From positions 191,952,001-192,016,000 of the forward strand of contig NC_042998.1 of NCBI RefSeq assembly GCF_006345805.1: 64,000 nt of DNA, read 5' to 3'. Under the pieces are notes generated by a model. It had not been told where the DNA came from, searched no databases, and was given only the letters and a program-made list of their open reading frames with translations. Shown in pieces: positions 62,955 to 64,000 of this stretch. The stretch is from Octopus sinensis (Eukaryota). Position numbers and translations under genes: made by a program. Positions within the stretch are counted from its first letter, which is position 1, and every line of letters begins with the position of its first letter.

Positions 62955-63389
62955 GGTTCTTTTCGGTTTGACCGGCAGTTTTTTCTAGCGGTGTCATATG
63001 AAATTGTCACCCATAATTATGACCCTAGTATCGATCTATTGCATATCGATCTATTTTAGGGTTAGGGTTAGTTAGTGTAGGTTAGGGTTAGGGATGGGGG
63101 AAGGGTATCTTTGTTTCTTCACAAATGTAAATAAACCCAATCTGTTTCTTAATCGAGGGACATATTCATATGGCACAGAATGTTTTCACCTCAATAGACG
63201 TCATTGATTGTTTGAAATTGCAGAAATTGAAGAAAAAAACAACAAATATCTTACAAACTATAGAATTTTCTCAATAAAGCCAAGAGAAAAAGATGTTTTA
63301 TAAACACATTCTACCAGTATACGAAGTTTAAAAGTGTTTAGTTACGTGGAAATTATTAAAAAAAACTGCCGTTCAAACCGAAAAGATCC
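62955..63389. mobile_element. MITE with TTAGGG repeats, copy 2
   Basis: TIRs as 41589-42021; flanks cttttgca/tttttgca suggest an 8-bp TSD (1 mismatch). Confidence 0.88.
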
Positions 63390-64000
63390 TTTTTGCAAGA
63401 TAACTGTTGAGAAAGGTTTGGCTGATATTTTTAGCATATATAGCGACCACATAGACACTTCATCGTTGGCTCTATGAGTAATAGGTGTAGACTGATGGTA
63501 AGACTTACAATGAGATACTGCTCCTAGGTCTGGGAGAGCATAAGCGCCACACAGTCATTGTAAGTCGAATCCAGTTTATTGGATTTGATCTAGAATGACT
63601 GATTAGCATGAAGTCCCTAACAAATATATTTTGTCCTCTGGTACACAAACATGGTTTTTCAGCCGCCTTTTTCGTCCAATATAGTGACTTTTGCTTTTCA
63701 AGTGTGGCCGGAATCGAGCTACCGCGCGCATGCGCTCTTATCACTCCTTTATCTTGTTCCCATCATACGCATTGTGTCCAATGACGAGAAGCCACATGTC
63801 CGGTACCTTCTGCCAAGAACACTGAGTCTCTGCTATTCTCTCTCTTCCCATATTTCATGCAATCGTTTTGTAACACTTTGAGCGACATATTAACGTCACC
63901 AAGTGTCACCAATCTCGAATGGCTTGCGATGGTCATGGTCACAGCTCCTTTCTCCGAATTCCTATTCAAACAGACAAGAAATTAGAAAAAAGTGGACCAG

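Noticed and set aside
2153-62971. Recurrent ORFs such as MRNWYLIYRPRKDE and MAVIPAVLFHHNF
   Set aside because: Antisense or incidental translations of SINEs.

Overview
AT-rich, microsatellite-saturated animal DNA, most consistent with a cephalopod (Octopus-like) intronic or intergenic region; the taxon is inferred from repeat content. I found no rRNA, genuine tRNA, CRISPR or recognisable host gene; at most a few candidate minus-strand exons. The window is a layered archive of mobile DNA. It holds a young 5'-truncated CR1/L2-group LINE (51070-53998, one frameshift) inside a large (TA)n tract, plus relics of Tx1/L1, R4/Dong-like and Penelope-like retroelements. It also holds two mariners, a maT-like element, three non-autonomous Helitrons, two TTAGGG-containing MITEs and about 20 tRNA-headed SINEs (my labels: heads A-D) that swap heads and tails. 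The most interesting unexplained structures are: (1) hammerhead-ribozyme-like motifs in microsatellite-carrying repeat units, especially a 554-nt unit at 55336-55952 whose 5' boundary coincides with the predicted cleavage site (retrozyme-like); (2) SINE dimers and chimeras enclosed by single TSDs, suggesting RT template jumping; (3) a covarying 3' hairpin shared by SINE C and the LINE; (4) a two-monomer higher-order minisatellite; (5) a Helitron at the junction of a 200-bp duplication. All alignments, translations and folds were done by eye; no database search was run.
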